This document shows, piece after piece, positions 8,749-17,328 of a stretch of 42,248 nucleotides of DNA. The number at the start of each line of letters is the position of its first letter. The first letter of the stretch is position 1. Both the position numbers and the translations under genes were made by a program. This DNA is from a virus. The notes beneath the pieces are model-generated. The model was not told the DNA's origin and ran no database searches. It was given only the letters and a program-made list of their open reading frames with translations. The stretch lies in IMG/VR virus record IMGVR_UViG_3300014546_000001. One strand, written 5' to 3'.

Positions 8749-10455
8749 ATGTCAACGATAGTCTTAAATAAAGCTCCGAGCAAGACTCGCGGGAAGATTG
8801 TAGGCAAGGGGATAAAACCACCGAAAGCGATAGAGTGGGAAGCCCGCCGGGCAATTAACCGCGCCCTGCAGGAATTTGACGCTGAAATGGAGTATTTTAA
8901 AAACCACGTTGAAGACTACGCCCCGGCGCAGGCAAGCCGGATTTTATCGGAAATGCAGAACAAGTGGGCAAAAAAGATTGAACCGATAGCTGACAGGATA
9001 AGCGAAAACTGGCTTAATGCGATAAACGAGCGGCAGAAAAAGAAATCAATGGAAGTCTTGCGAAAAGCGCTTGGCGTGGATATATCGGCTATATTTGAAG
9101 ACCCGTTAATACAGCAGGGGCTTGAAAATATGCGTTTTGAGGCGGCGTATTTGATTAAGACGATACCGTATGACAATATCGGCAAAGTTGCCGAGCGAGT
9201 TTATCAATACTACCGGGGCGAGCCTATGCCGGAGGGGCGGACACTCACACAGCAGCTTGCCGAAGAGTTTAAAATAAAATACGAGAGGGCAAAAACTATT
9301 GCCCGCGACCAGACAAACAAGATGAACGGGAATTTAACGCAAATTAGGCAGACCAGCTACGGGATTGAAGAGTATATTTGGCGGACGGCACGCGACCAGC
9401 GGGTTGTTGGCAACCCTGCCGGGTTTTATCCGAAAGGCAACAGAGTTCACGGCAACCATTGGGAAAGAGAGGGGCGCTTATACCGGTGGGACGAGCCGCC
9501 GGAGGACGGGCATCCGGGAAACGCTATAAATTGTTTACTCGGTGAAACTAACGTTATGTTCCCTCACGGTGCAAAAAAGCTCTTTAGACGGCACTATAAG
9601 GGTTTTATTTACATTATTACCACGAAGTCCGGGGCTTTGTTGAAAGCCACACCGAATCATCCAATACTTACTAGCAGAGGCTGGCTTGCGGTTAATGCAC
9701 TCAAGCAAGGCGATAACCTCGTCAAGGCAACAATCAATAGCGGCAGTATCACAAAAGACAACAACGGCAAGCTTGTATCCGAGTTTGGAGAGTTGTGGGA
9801 TTCTTTTAACAAGTCGGAAATTTGCTGTTCCAGTAGTAAATTTGACTTCCACGGCGATGGTATTGAAGAGAATGTCTATATTAAAGACGTCAATAGCCTT
9901 TTGCCGAAATACCGTAAAACCTTTAGCCTCAAGAGCGCTTGCAAGTTCTTTTTCTCCTCTTCCAATATGATATTCAGACGGGCATTTTTCACGAGAAATA
10001 GCAGCTTTTCTTTGTGTTGCGTCCGTTCTTTTCGTCCCTCTTATGGCATCGTGGGCGGCTTGAACAAGACGTTTTCTTTCTTCGGCAGAGGTTTGTTCCA
10101 TCCTTTTATACATTGCGGCAGATTGATTGCGGATAAATTGTCCGTTTTCCGCAAGGATTCTTTTGATGACACCGCGCGAAACGCCGAGTCTCTTGGAAAT
10201 GGACTAGGCACTCTCGCCGTTGATATAGCAAGGGATTATCTTTTCAGGGGCGATATTGATAATGTTATGCGCACGTTTTTTCATTTTGAATACACTCCAG
10301 TGGTTAAAATTGAAAAACAATATTTTGACGGCTTTGTATATAACGCCGAAACACCGGCAGGATACTATATAGCCAACGGCATTGTCAATCATAATTGCCG
10401 GTGCTTTGCCGAGCCGGTTATTGACTTGGACAAATTAAAAGTCCAGTATTATTAA
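8749..10455 (+). CDS. head morphogenesis protein (Mu F / SPP1 gp7-like) interrupted by an in-frame intein
   Basis: The N-extein ends ...YRWDEPPEDGHPGNAIN and the C-extein begins CRCFAEPV, which restores the conserved HP.NCRC motif of the Mu F family. The intein has typical splicing blocks. Confidence 0.8.
   Translation: MSTIVLNKAPSKTRGKIVGKGIKPPKAIEWEARRAINRALQEFDAEMEYFKNHVEDYAPAQASRILSEMQNKWAKKIEPIADRISENWLNAINERQKKKSMEVLRKALGVDISAIFEDPLIQQGLENMRFEAAYLIKTIPYDNIGKVAERVYQYYRGEPMPEGRTLTQQLAEEFKIKYERAKTIARDQTNKMNGNLTQIRQTSYGIEEYIWRTARDQRVVGNPAGFYPKGNRVHGNHWEREGRLYRWDEPPEDGHPGNAINCLLGETNVMFPHGAKKLFRRHYKGFIYIITTKSGALLKATPNHPILTSRGWLAVNALKQGDNLVKATINSGSITKDNNGKLVSEFGELWDSFNKSEICCSSSKFDFHGDGIEENVYIKDVNSLLPKYRKTFSLKSACKFFFSSSNMIFRRAFFTRNSSFSLCCVRSFRPSYGIVGGLNKTFSFFGRGLFHPFIHCGRLIADKLSVFRKDSFDDTARNAESLGNGLGTLAVDIARDYLFRGDIDNVMRTFFHFEYTPVVKIEKQYFDGFVYNAETPAGYYIANGIVNHNCRCFAEPVIDLDKLKVQYY
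9532..10395 (+). other. intein (288 aa) in the MuF-like protein
   Basis: Starts Cys1 (CLLGETNV). Block B TxxH is present (ATPNHPIL). The C-terminal blocks are present (GFVYNAETPAGYYIANGIVNHN), with +1 Cys. The central ~150 codons are low-complexity and F/S/R-rich, typical of the antisense of another gene. Confidence 0.75.
9535..10284 (-). pseudogene. homing-endonuclease-like gene on the strand opposite the intein (NUMOD1-like HTH, NUMOD3-like repeats, DUF559/Vsr-like PD-(D/E)xK), interrupted by an in-frame TAG at 10204-10206
   Basis: The - strand reads MKKRAHNIINIAPEKIIPCYINGESA*SISKRLGVSRGVIKRILAENG...SAEERKRLVQAAHDAIRGTKRTDATQRKAAISREK...GEKELASALEAKGFTVFRQKAIDVFNIDILFNTIAVEVK. The 3' extent is uncertain because the frame stays open over the Hint N-domain antisense. 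Confidence 0.5.
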
Positions 10456-10467
10456 AAGAATGGGGCG

Positions 10468-10815
10468 GTGGAGAAAGGAAAAATGAAAAAGAGTGTTGAC
10501 GAACAGTTAATCGCCCTTGGCGAGAAAATAGCTAAAAATTACCGCCTTATTGTTGCGGTTGCCGCTTTTCTTTATGGTTGTTTTATTTTTGTAAACACGC
10601 AGGCACAGCACAGCCAAGCCATTTTAGCGATACAAAACCAGCACAGCCACGATATAGCCGAATTAAGGGCAAGTCATACAAAGCTGCAGGAGCGGGTAAC
10701 ATTAAACGAAAAAAACTTCAATATGACATCTGTAAAACTGGACACGACATTAAATAGAATATCAACCGACTTGCAATTTATTAAGCAAAAATTGATTGAA
10801 AAGGGGATGAAATGA
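10468..10815 (+). CDS. membrane protein (1 TM) with coiled-coil
   Basis: A hydrophobic segment (IVAVAAFLYGCFIFV) is followed by a Q/H-rich helix. Confidence 0.4.
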   Translation: MEKGKMKKSVDEQLIALGEKIAKNYRLIVAVAAFLYGCFIFVNTQAQHSQAILAIQNQHSHDIAELRASHTKLQERVTLNEKNFNMTSVKLDTTLNRISTDLQFIKQKLIEKGMK

Positions 10816-10946
10816 AAAAGATGGCGAAGTATAAATACAGAATAATTTTATTTGCCGTTTTAGTTTTGGCAATAGTTGCCCTTGTCGCCCCGGATAAAGC
10901 GGAAGAAGTCGCAAGGGCTTTTATGTTAATTATTGTCGGAATCTGA
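10812..10946 (+). CDS. small membrane protein (44 aa)
   Basis: ATGA overlap with the upstream gene. Sequence is MKKMAKYKYRIILFAVLVLAIVALVAP..., a single TM segment. Under 60 aa, so missing from the ORF track. Confidence 0.35.
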   Translation: MKKMAKYKYRIILFAVLVLAIVALVAPDKAEEVARAFMLIIVGI

Positions 10947-11088
10947 AAAATAAATTGTGGATAAATCAAAAAAAAGGGGGATTGGTGATGTTATCTTATT
11001 TGATTGCTTTTATTTTTGGATTGTGGACTGGCAAGTTCCTATCCAAAAGAACGCGCGATAAAAACGGGCGATTTGCCAAAATACCGGA

Positions 11089-11694
11089 GTGGCGCAAATG
11101 GCTTTGATTTATTTTCTTCTTGGCGGTTTTCTCCGGCGCTGGTATGGCGGGCTTTTCCCGGACGATAAATATAAAGTGCTGGGAAATCGGGCGTTGCAGA
11201 CCGGCGTAATGATTGGCGTTATGCTAGGCATATTTGTTGATGATTGGCAGAGTTGGCGCGATTGGCTTGTTTCCGGCGTGGTTGCCTTATGGCTGCAGTT
11301 CCAGTTTTGGAGCCGCGGCCACGGCGCAGTATATGACTTGTCGCGTGGCGGCTACCCGGACGAAAAAACTATAAAACGTTATAATGAGCGCTGGTATCAT
11401 ATACCTTGCGACTGGCTGGCAGAAAAGCGCTTTTTTAGCTTTTACGGGTGGGGATATGACTTTACTTATATGCTTTTGCGCTACACTTGCCCGATGTTGC
11501 CGATGATTTTATTTGACTGGAAATATACTTTAATCGGGTTAAGCGTTGCGCCGGTGTATGCTTTCTGTTGGCAATGGAGCGAGTCCGACGTTTGGTGTTT
11601 TAAATTAAAAGGCTTAAGCACCGCTACAAACTTGGCAGAGGTTATTTGCGGGGGTGTTTTTTATGCCGGATGTTATCTTTTGGGGGCGCTATGA
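11089..11694 (+). CDS. membrane protein, multi-TM, W-rich
   Basis: Several hydrophobic segments. Confidence 0.45.
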   Translation: MAQMALIYFLLGGFLRRWYGGLFPDDKYKVLGNRALQTGVMIGVMLGIFVDDWQSWRDWLVSGVVALWLQFQFWSRGHGAVYDLSRGGYPDEKTIKRYNERWYHIPCDWLAEKRFFSFYGWGYDFTYMLLRYTCPMLPMILFDWKYTLIGLSVAPVYAFCWQWSESDVWCFKLKGLSTATNLAEVICGGVFYAGCYLLGAL

Positions 11695-12005
11695 CAAAAC
11701 TTTTATCATATTTAGCGGCTTTTCTTTTGCTGGTTGTTTATATTTTATCAACCTTGTATATTGAGAGAGGTAACAAAATAACCGTGCTGGAAACGCAAAA
11801 AAACGCGCTTAACGGCAATATAAATTATTTGGAGGCAGAAATTGAGAAACGAAATGAAAAGGCGCTGGACACCGATAAGCGAGTGCGCGAGCTTGAGGAG
11901 GCGGCAGCGCGAGGAAAAAATAAGGCGGGTTTTGATTGGAATAGCAACATTGCTGCTGACCCTGTTATTATTAAGCTAAAGGAGCAAGGGAAAAATGACC
12001 GATGA
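11691..12005 (+). CDS. i-spanin-like protein (N-terminal TM plus coiled-coil); start moved to the ATG overlapping the upstream stop
   Basis: MTKLLSYLAAFLLLVVYILSTLYI is a TM segment, followed by a charged helical region. Confidence 0.4.
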   Translation: MTKLLSYLAAFLLLVVYILSTLYIERGNKITVLETQKNALNGNINYLEAEIEKRNEKALDTDKRVRELEEAAARGKNKAGFDWNSNIAADPVIIKLKEQGKNDR

Positions 12006-12201
12006 AATAGAACGCCTTAAAAAAATGCAGGACTTCAACCGGCGGCAGGAAGAAACAGAGCCGGATCCGGTGCATTGGGAGCCGGTGTCAAATATAGACA
12101 AGGAAGAGCAAAAACGGCAGGAAATTATAAAAGCGGTGGAAGACCACCATAAAATGTATGTTGATTTGTGGTTGTCGCATTTAAAGGGGCGCGGGCGATG
12201 A
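11995..12201 (+). CDS. hypothetical small protein
   Basis: ORF tightly coupled with its neighbours. Confidence 0.3.
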   Translation: MTDEIERLKKMQDFNRRQEETEPDPVHWEPVSNIDKEEQKRQEIIKAVEDHHKMYVDLWLSHLKGRGR

Positions 12202-12362
12202 AAGAGATTTTTATCATTGCAACCGCGCTTTTTTTGGCTTCCTGCACACAAACAGAATATGTGTATAAGGAAGTGCCGCGCGAGCCTATAACCTGCATAG
12301 AGCGAATAAAAACGCCGTTAGATATGGCAAAATGCCTTGCAGAGTATAAGGCTAAATATTGA
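12198..12362 (+). CDS. o-spanin-like lipoprotein (start at MKEIF)
   Basis: Signal peptide plus lipobox (ALFLASC); ATGA overlap with the upstream gene. Confidence 0.45.
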   Translation: MKEIFIIATALFLASCTQTEYVYKEVPREPITCIERIKTPLDMAKCLAEYKAKY

Positions 12363-12435
12363 GATAAGCAAAAAACTTGCGCATTTAATACGGATTTTGT
12401 GAAAAATCGCAAAATGTTGATGAAAAAGGGGCAAA

Positions 12436-12954
12436 ATGATGATTATAGCCTACACGGACGCAACGATAGACGCAAAAGGGGTTGCCGGTATAGGTATTGT
12501 CATCATCAACGGGAGCAAGAGAAAAGAATACGCCCTTTTTACGAAGTGCCGGACGATTAACGCCGCGGAGATATTCGCGATACACTTGGCAAGTATTTTA
12601 ACGCACGGGCAGGCGCTTGTTTATACCGATTCGCAAACAGCATTATCCTACATTAAGGGCGAGATAAAGGACAAGCCCCGGACGCGGGAGCAATACCTTA
12701 ACCACCTTGAATGTAAATACTGGGCGTATCAGGTAAAGAGAAATAAGGGCATTCGGGTTGAAAAGGTTAAAGCCCACACGAACAGGCGCAACCAGCACGC
12801 CGGAAACAACAAGCTTGCCGATACGCTGGCGATGCTTGGACAATTAAAATATTACGAAAACGCACGTGCTGTTGTCAAAAAAGAAAAACGAAAGTATGAT
12901 AAAACCACAAATTCAATTTTGCAGAAAAAAAGGAGCTCAAACTGCAGATTTTAG
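12436..12954 (+). CDS. rnhA: ribonuclease H
   Basis: Type-1 RNase H pattern: YTDAT...G..GIG, E in the AAEIFAI segment, YTDSQ, and KVKAHTN...N..AD.LA. Confidence 0.75.
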   Translation: MMIIAYTDATIDAKGVAGIGIVIINGSKRKEYALFTKCRTINAAEIFAIHLASILTHGQALVYTDSQTALSYIKGEIKDKPRTREQYLNHLECKYWAYQVKRNKGIRVEKVKAHTNRRNQHAGNNKLADTLAMLGQLKYYENARAVVKKEKRKYDKTTNSILQKKRSSNCRF

Positions 12955-13138
12955 TTTATCCTCTGACGGGTGCGGACTGGTTTGTGCAACGGCCGGTGTC
13001 GTGCATATAAAAAAGATTGTAACCGTTGGCACGGCTACAACCTCAAACATCTATCAGGCTTTATATAAAAATCAAGCAGCTATTGATAACGGGCAGATAT
13101 TTATCCACTCTTCCGGCGTAACAGTCTTTGCTGAATAT

Positions 13139-13564
13139 TTATAATAAATCCTTAAAGAAAAGGGCTTTTTCTTCGTTTCTACGGCGGACAAGCCCTTTTA
13201 GGACTTTTCCCCCGGCTGTAACCCAGTCCCAGTTGTTATATGCAGTTTGCCAGTCTTTTGCCTCAATAGCCGCTTTACATTTTGACTTGTCAAATGCCGG
13301 GTTTCCTATGTTATAGATAAGGCTGCAAAGGGATGCTTTTTGGTCGTCTGTAAAGTCGCCTTTGGGGAGCTTTATTTGCGTTTTGCAATACCACTCTAAA
13401 AGCTGGCAAGCCCTGTCTTCTGTTATCGGTTTGTCGGTTAATTTTACCCGTGCGCCCGATTCGTAGTAGGTGGTGCCGTAGCCGACAGTCGGACAACCTG
13501 CCGGACACAGATACGGTTCGGATTTAAAGCCTTCATATTTTTTTATCAAATCGTAAATTTTCAT
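13139..13564 (-). CDS. lysozyme / endolysin (GH24, T4-lysozyme-like); start moved to the ATG with RBS
   Basis: MKIYDLIKKYEGFKSEPYLCPAGCPTVGYGTTY matches the GH24 catalytic E...Y.D..G.PTIGYG pattern. An AGAGGGAGAAA RBS precedes the ATG. Confidence 0.8.
   Translation of the reverse strand: MKIYDLIKKYEGFKSEPYLCPAGCPTVGYGTTYYESGARVKLTDKPITEDRACQLLEWYCKTQIKLPKGDFTDDQKASLCSLIYNIGNPAFDKSKCKAAIEAKDWQTAYNNWDWVTAGGKVLKGLVRRRNEEKALFFKDLL
13157..13201. terminator. bidirectional hairpin between convergent RNase H (+) and lysozyme (-) genes
   Basis: aaaagggct ... agccctttt form a 9-bp stem with a ~24-nt loop, flanked by A/T runs on both sides. Confidence 0.4.
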
Positions 13565-13742
13565 TTTGTTTCTCCCTCTTTTTTCAACAAAACTTTCATA
13601 ATGATTATATCCGGTTGGCGCTTTTGAGTAAAGCACCGCTTAAATATGGTTTTCGCCTCAAACTTAGAGTTGGCTTTAACAATCTTTGTTTTGAGTTCTT
13701 CTTCACCTTTTATCCAATAAAAAACCTCATAATATTTTGAAA

Positions 13743-14084
13743 TCATCTTTTCCCCCGCTTTTTTGGTTTTAATCTATACTTTTCAATTTGTTCTGCCTCG
13801 GATAAAGGCAAGCCCAAAATTTTAACCCGATAATATATCGTATTATAAACAAGATTTTTTTCTATGCAGTATTGCCTTAGCGATAAACCGTCCGTTTCCC
13901 ACTCCCGGCGCATCCTCTTGCGGTTGGCAGAGGCGCAAGCTTCGTCTACGGATATATCTTCGTCAATTATCCGCTGGCGCAAGGTGTGATAATTAAAACC
14001 GTTTTCATTGCACCAGTCAACGAGGCTTTGCCCGTCTGACCGCTTATACATCGGGCTTTTCCATTTACCCCCTTTGTGTGGCAT
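13743..14084 (-). CDS. DNA-binding protein with tandem HTH motifs (start at MPHKGG; AGGAG RBS)
   Basis: Two HTH-like segments: LVDWCNENGFNYHTLRQRI and LRQYCIEKNLVYNTIYYRV. Confidence 0.4.
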   Translation of the reverse strand: MPHKGGKWKSPMYKRSDGQSLVDWCNENGFNYHTLRQRIIDEDISVDEACASANRKRMRREWETDGLSLRQYCIEKNLVYNTIYYRVKILGLPLSEAEQIEKYRLKPKKRGKR

Positions 14085-14334
14085 TTTTCTTGCTCCTGGC
14101 GATTTTTTCATAGTCGGCAGCGGTGCTTCCTTTCTTAACAATCATCCCGCAGTGGGAGCAACGCCACTTTCCGAAAAATGCGTTATCAACTCCGCAGACA
14201 AGCCAAACAAAAAGCCACACCCCGCAAGTGATAAGAGATAAAAACAAGTGAAGAATATGCGAAGTGCCTTTCTTTTGGATTAAAACTTGTTTTTCGCAAT
14301 ACGGGCAATATCCCGTTCCGTTTATTATAGCCAT
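14065..14334 (-). CDS. membrane protein with zinc ribbon
   Basis: CPYC...CSHC pairs flank a TM segment. Confidence 0.4.
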   Translation of the reverse strand: MAIINGTGYCPYCEKQVLIQKKGTSHILHLFLSLITCGVWLFVWLVCGVDNAFFGKWRCSHCGMIVKKGSTAADYEKIARSKKNATQRG

Positions 14335-14340
14335 TTTTAT

Positions 14341-14637
14341 TTACTCCTTTAAATAGTTGTTTTCGTTCAATATGTTTTCCGCCAGTTGTTCGGCGGCGTA
14401 TTCTATGTCCATCTCAAATATGCTTTCAACGCTAAACACGCCGGTTCTGACTTCCGGTATACATTCAGAATAATATTGTTTTGCTGCCATTATACACGCG
14501 CCCGTTTCTATAACTGTTTTGGGCGGGCGGTATCCGTCAACATTGAAAGGGCTAAAAGAAGTAGCTTTATTGTCTGCTTTGCATATTCCCACAAAGCGCA
14601 AGTGGTCGATGCCTTTTATAACGATAAATTTTTCCAA
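14341..14637 (-). CDS. hypothetical protein
   Basis: ORF in the - strand block. Confidence 0.35.
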   Translation of the reverse strand: MEKFIVIKGIDHLRFVGICKADNKATSFSPFNVDGYRPPKTVIETGACIMAAKQYYSECIPEVRTGVFSVESIFEMDIEYAAEQLAENILNENNYLKE

Positions 14638-14912
14638 TCTTTTATCTCCTTATAAATAGAGGTTAATTCCTCAAAGGCTTTTTGCTGGTTCGTTTTCCCG
14701 GTTATAGAAGAAAAGTCATCGGTAACATAAAGCCAGTGCATAGCGTTGTTTACGGATTGAGCGCACTTTATAATAAGGTGTTGCAATTCCCGGTTGTTAT
14801 GCTGCAACATCTCACATAAATTGATTGTTGACAACAAAACATCAGAACTTCTTTTTCCGTCATTGCAAGTATTTAAGTCGTCTTGCGATTTAACAATGTT
14901 TTTTTTAGGCAT
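14616..14912 (-). CDS. hypothetical protein
   Basis: ORF in the - strand block. Confidence 0.35.
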   Translation of the reverse strand: MPKKNIVKSQDDLNTCNDGKRSSDVLLSTINLCEMLQHNNRELQHLIIKCAQSVNNAMHWLYVTDDFSSITGKTNQQKAFEELTSIYKEIKDWKNLSL

Positions 14913-15756
14913 TTAAATCGTTCCTCCTATTCAAATACCAGTTAGAATACCGCATATATACCCGTTCCGGATATGCCGCGAAAATATGTTTGTCTTTTGT
15001 TTCTTCAAAAGCCTTGATTTTGTGGGATATATTATATAAATGGCTTGCCCATATATCCTGCGCCGCCTCAAATGTTTCTTGTTCAATATTGCAAACGGCG
15101 ATAACATCTTCATAGCCCGGTTTATTTGATTGAATAATAAAAACAAACTCTATCGAATATTCGCCATATTTTTCCCGGACAGCCTCGCAATAATGCACGG
15201 CTTGGAGCGGGTATTGCAGTTTTTCCGGCCATTTAATAACGCTATCAATATCGGAGCTTGTTTTATAATCAATTAAAACGATTCCCTGATTTGTGCGCTT
15301 TATAGCGTCAATTTTGGCTTTGCAATCAACATCATTTTCCTGATTATGCCAAATAATAGGAAGTTCGGCAGTTGCCCCTGTTACAATCTTTTTGACTTCT
15401 GGGTGGGAACGGAGATTCGCGAGCATAGCCGTTGCGTGATTCCACTCGTCCTGATTGATAACAATTTTACCTGGGTTTTCGGCATTTATTGCCTCATATT
15501 TTTTGTTGCGCCGGGATTGTCCGAAATCGGCGATAACATAGCGGTTTTGTGCCTCTTTTGGTTCAAGCAAAAGACAATGCGTTAAGCCGCCGAAAACAAG
15601 CGCGTCTGTTTCTGCGTCCGGTTGCTTTTCCGGATTAAACGGGCTTGTCCGCCAAAATTCATACGGGCTTTTGTCGTATGTTTTTATTTGGCTTGCCGAT
15701 ATTGCCGGATAGGCGAAATAGTCATCATCGGATTTAATCTCAATATCTTTTAACAT
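14905..15756 (-). CDS. PD-(D/E)xK nuclease (RecB/Cas4-like, phage exonuclease)
   Basis: GGLTHCLLLEP ... VLIDYKTSSD motifs (D..E/ D.K) are typical of the PDDEXK_1 family. GGAG RBS. Confidence 0.5.
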   Translation of the reverse strand: MLKDIEIKSDDDYFAYPAISASQIKTYDKSPYEFWRTSPFNPEKQPDAETDALVFGGLTHCLLLEPKEAQNRYVIADFGQSRRNKKYEAINAENPGKIVINQDEWNHATAMLANLRSHPEVKKIVTGATAELPIIWHNQENDVDCKAKIDAIKRTNQGIVLIDYKTSSDIDSVIKWPEKLQYPLQAVHYCEAVREKYGEYSIEFVFIIQSNKPGYEDVIAVCNIEQETFEAAQDIWASHLYNISHKIKAFEETKDKHIFAAYPERVYMRYSNWYLNRRNDLNA

Positions 15757-15769
15757 TTTAGCTCCTTAA

Positions 15770-15943
15770 TTAAATGTTGCGGCAGTTGATTGAAAATAAG
15801 CAGTGCTGTTCTTGCAGGTTTTCACGCTCTTGACGGCACAATTCCGCGTCAATGCCGAAAAGGATAAGCCAACCAAACATTATGCCGGTAAACCCGCAAA
15901 CAAATCCGTTAATAAAAGCTTTGTTGATTTTGTAAATTTTTTT
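15770..15943 (-). CDS. small TM protein (holin-like?); start at MKKIYK with AAGGAG RBS rather than the ORF-track TTG at 16039
   Basis: FINGFVCGFTGIMFGWLILFGI is a TM segment. Confidence 0.35.
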   Translation of the reverse strand, partial: KKIYKINKAFINGFVCGFTGIMFGWLILFGIDAELCRQERENLQEQHCLFSINCRNI

Positions 15944-16080
15944 CATCTGTATCACTCCTTTTAAAATCGTTGTCGTGTTGATATAGTCATATATAACAGC
16001 TTTTTTGATAATGTAAAGAACTTTTTTATAATTTTTCAAAAAAAATTAATTATGTGCAAAAAAGGTTTATTTGCGCGGTG

Positions 16081-16110
16081 TTGACTAAGGTTTATTTTTG
16101 CGTTTATCAT
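16081..16110 (+). promoter_or_regulatory. sigma70-like promoter TTGACT-N18-TATCAT for the head operon, flanked by the direct repeat aaggtttattt (16063-16073 and 16087-16097)
   Basis: Read directly from the sequence; an AAAGGAG RBS and ATG at 16142 follow. Confidence 0.4.
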
Positions 16111-16141
16111 AAAGGCACAAACAAAAAAAGGAGTTTTGTTA

Positions 16142-17314
16142 ATGTTTGTTAAATCGGAACGTGTAAAAATCGGCAATAATTGGCGGATTGACGATGACGG
16201 GTTTATGCTGGTGCGTGCCAGGGTATTAAAAGAGGGTATTTTCCCGTATCGGACAAGTGAAATTGAGGGCTTAAAAGAAGAACAGCCGGTTATAGACGTA
16301 TATATTCCCGCGGCAGAATTTACCCCCGCTGCATTAAAAACAGGCGAGGGCGACCCGGTTATCGTGGATGAACACGAGTGGCGCACGGCAGACAATACGC
16401 TTAAAGACGGGTTGACCAAAGGCACGGTTGCAGGGAATTTGTCCGTTGACAGTAAAGGCGGTGTTGTCTGCGAATTTAAAATTTATGACGCCGACACCAT
16501 TAACAAGATAAAAAGCGGCGAGCTGGTGGAAGTGTCCGCCGGGTATGAAGCCGATTTTGTGAAAGAAGACGGCAGCTTTGCCGGTATGCCCTACGGGTAT
16601 AAGCAACAAAACATCGTATTCAATCATATGCTGCTTTGCCATAAAGGCGAGGGGCGTTGTGGTGCTGATGTTAGAGTTTTTAACAAAAAAACAGGAGTAG
16701 AAAAAATGACTGTAAAAATCCGTTATAAAGTTGGAAATACCGACAAAGAAGTTGAGTTTTCCAACGAAGATGACGCAAAAAAAGCCGAGGATATGGCTAA
16801 AGACTTGTCCGGGGCTAAAGGTGCTGAAATTGACAATGCACTTGAGGAAATCAAGGAAAAGAAAGAACAGATTGAAACCCTGAACGCCGAGCTTGAAGAT
16901 GCAAAGCGCAAAGTTGAGGAATACAAGCAGAAACTTGACGAGGCTTTGAGTCCAGAGGCGCAAGAGGCACTTGCCGAGGATATTCTGGAACAGCGCGAGG
17001 CAGAAGACGCGGTTATTGAAACCGAAGTGGAAGACGAGGAAAAAGAAGAAGTCCGTAATGCTTGCAAGGCAATGAATAGGGCTGAAAGACTTGTCCACTT
17101 GGCAAGCCACGTTATGAACAAAAAAGGCGTTGATATTAAAGACTGGAGCGATGACCAGAAAATTGGCGCGTTTATGGCGATTGCCGCCGAGGCAAAAGCT
17201 AAAATCGGCAACAAAAAGAAACTTGTAGCCGGTGCCGGGGTTGTTTCTGCAAAAACCGGTAACAGCGGACTGGACGCGAAGTCCCGTATGCTGATGTTTC
17301 GTAACAAAAAATAG
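16142..17314 (+). CDS. prohead protease / scaffold fusion (DUF2213-like N-domain, E/K-rich coiled-coil C-domain)
   Basis: The coiled-coil region is EEIKEKKEQIETLNAELEDAKRKVEEYKQKLDEAL. It lies upstream of the capsid genes. The ORF track starts at the TTG at 16136. Confidence 0.55.
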   Translation: MFVKSERVKIGNNWRIDDDGFMLVRARVLKEGIFPYRTSEIEGLKEEQPVIDVYIPAAEFTPAALKTGEGDPVIVDEHEWRTADNTLKDGLTKGTVAGNLSVDSKGGVVCEFKIYDADTINKIKSGELVEVSAGYEADFVKEDGSFAGMPYGYKQQNIVFNHMLLCHKGEGRCGADVRVFNKKTGVEKMTVKIRYKVGNTDKEVEFSNEDDAKKAEDMAKDLSGAKGAEIDNALEEIKEKKEQIETLNAELEDAKRKVEEYKQKLDEALSPEAQEALAEDILEQREAEDAVIETEVEDEEKEEVRNACKAMNRAERLVHLASHVMNKKGVDIKDWSDDQKIGAFMAIAAEAKAKIGNKKKLVAGAGVVSAKTGNSGLDAKSRMLMFRNKK

Positions 17315-17328
17315 AGGAGTAAAAAAAG

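Noticed and set aside
10204-10206. In-frame TAG in the - strand endonuclease-like gene as evidence for amber (TAG to Q) recoding
   Set aside because: TAG terminates the portal gene (8743-8745), and the genome is gene-dense under the standard code. A pseudogene or two-piece expression is more likely than recoding.
12866-13144. ORF overlapping the 3' end of RNase H and the lysozyme 3' end
   Set aside because: It overlaps two well-supported genes and the bidirectional terminator hairpin, and has no RBS. It is likely spurious.
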